A DNA stretch of 64,000 nucleotides from Enoplolaimus lenunculus. Its lineage: Eukaryota. This document shows, one piece after another, positions 63,922 to 64,000 of the stretch. The first letter of the stretch is position 1. Every line of letters starts with the position of its first letter. The stretch is taken from positions 1-64,000 of the forward strand of contig JASANG010002792.1 of assembly GCA_030248215.1 (NCBI GenBank), given 5' to 3'. The translations under genes were made by a program, and so were the position numbers. Under the pieces are notes generated by a model. It saw only the letters and a program-made list of their open reading frames with translations, was not told the DNA's origin and ran no database searches.

Positions 63922-64000
63922 GTTTGATTTTAAATTATTTTCACGAATTTGTAATTATTGGGAATGGTTTTGTAGCAAGTTTTAACACAAATGGATATGA

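Overview
Repeat-rich, intron-containing animal genomic DNA. The host is probably a nematode, inferred from abundant interstitial TTAGGC repeats and TTTCAG/TTTTAG acceptors. The main feature is a Ty3/Gypsy-type LTR retrotransposon (~7.4-17.1 kb). Its single long frame encodes Gag, then an internal signal peptide, a cysteine-rich viral-type envelope glycoprotein resembling class III fusogens (herpes gB/chuvirus G-like) and a TM anchor, and only then protease, RT, RNase H and integrase. The order is therefore gag-env-pol in one polyprotein, with a small extra ORF before the 3' LTR. Host genes assembled by hand from splice sites: the 3' half of a trypsin-like protease (-), a sushi-domain family-B/adhesion-like 7TM receptor without a visible GAIN/GPS (+), a divergent tetraspanin (-), a small putative two-TM protein (-) and METTL3 (+, runs off the window). 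Other mobile DNA: a 5'-truncated RNase H-containing LINE, a CR1-like ORF1 relic, hAT derivatives, Helentron/Helitron-like elements, TTAGGC-bearing MITEs with 8-bp TSDs, tRNA-like repeats and perfect tandem arrays. All family calls are from motif recognition by eye; no searches were run.
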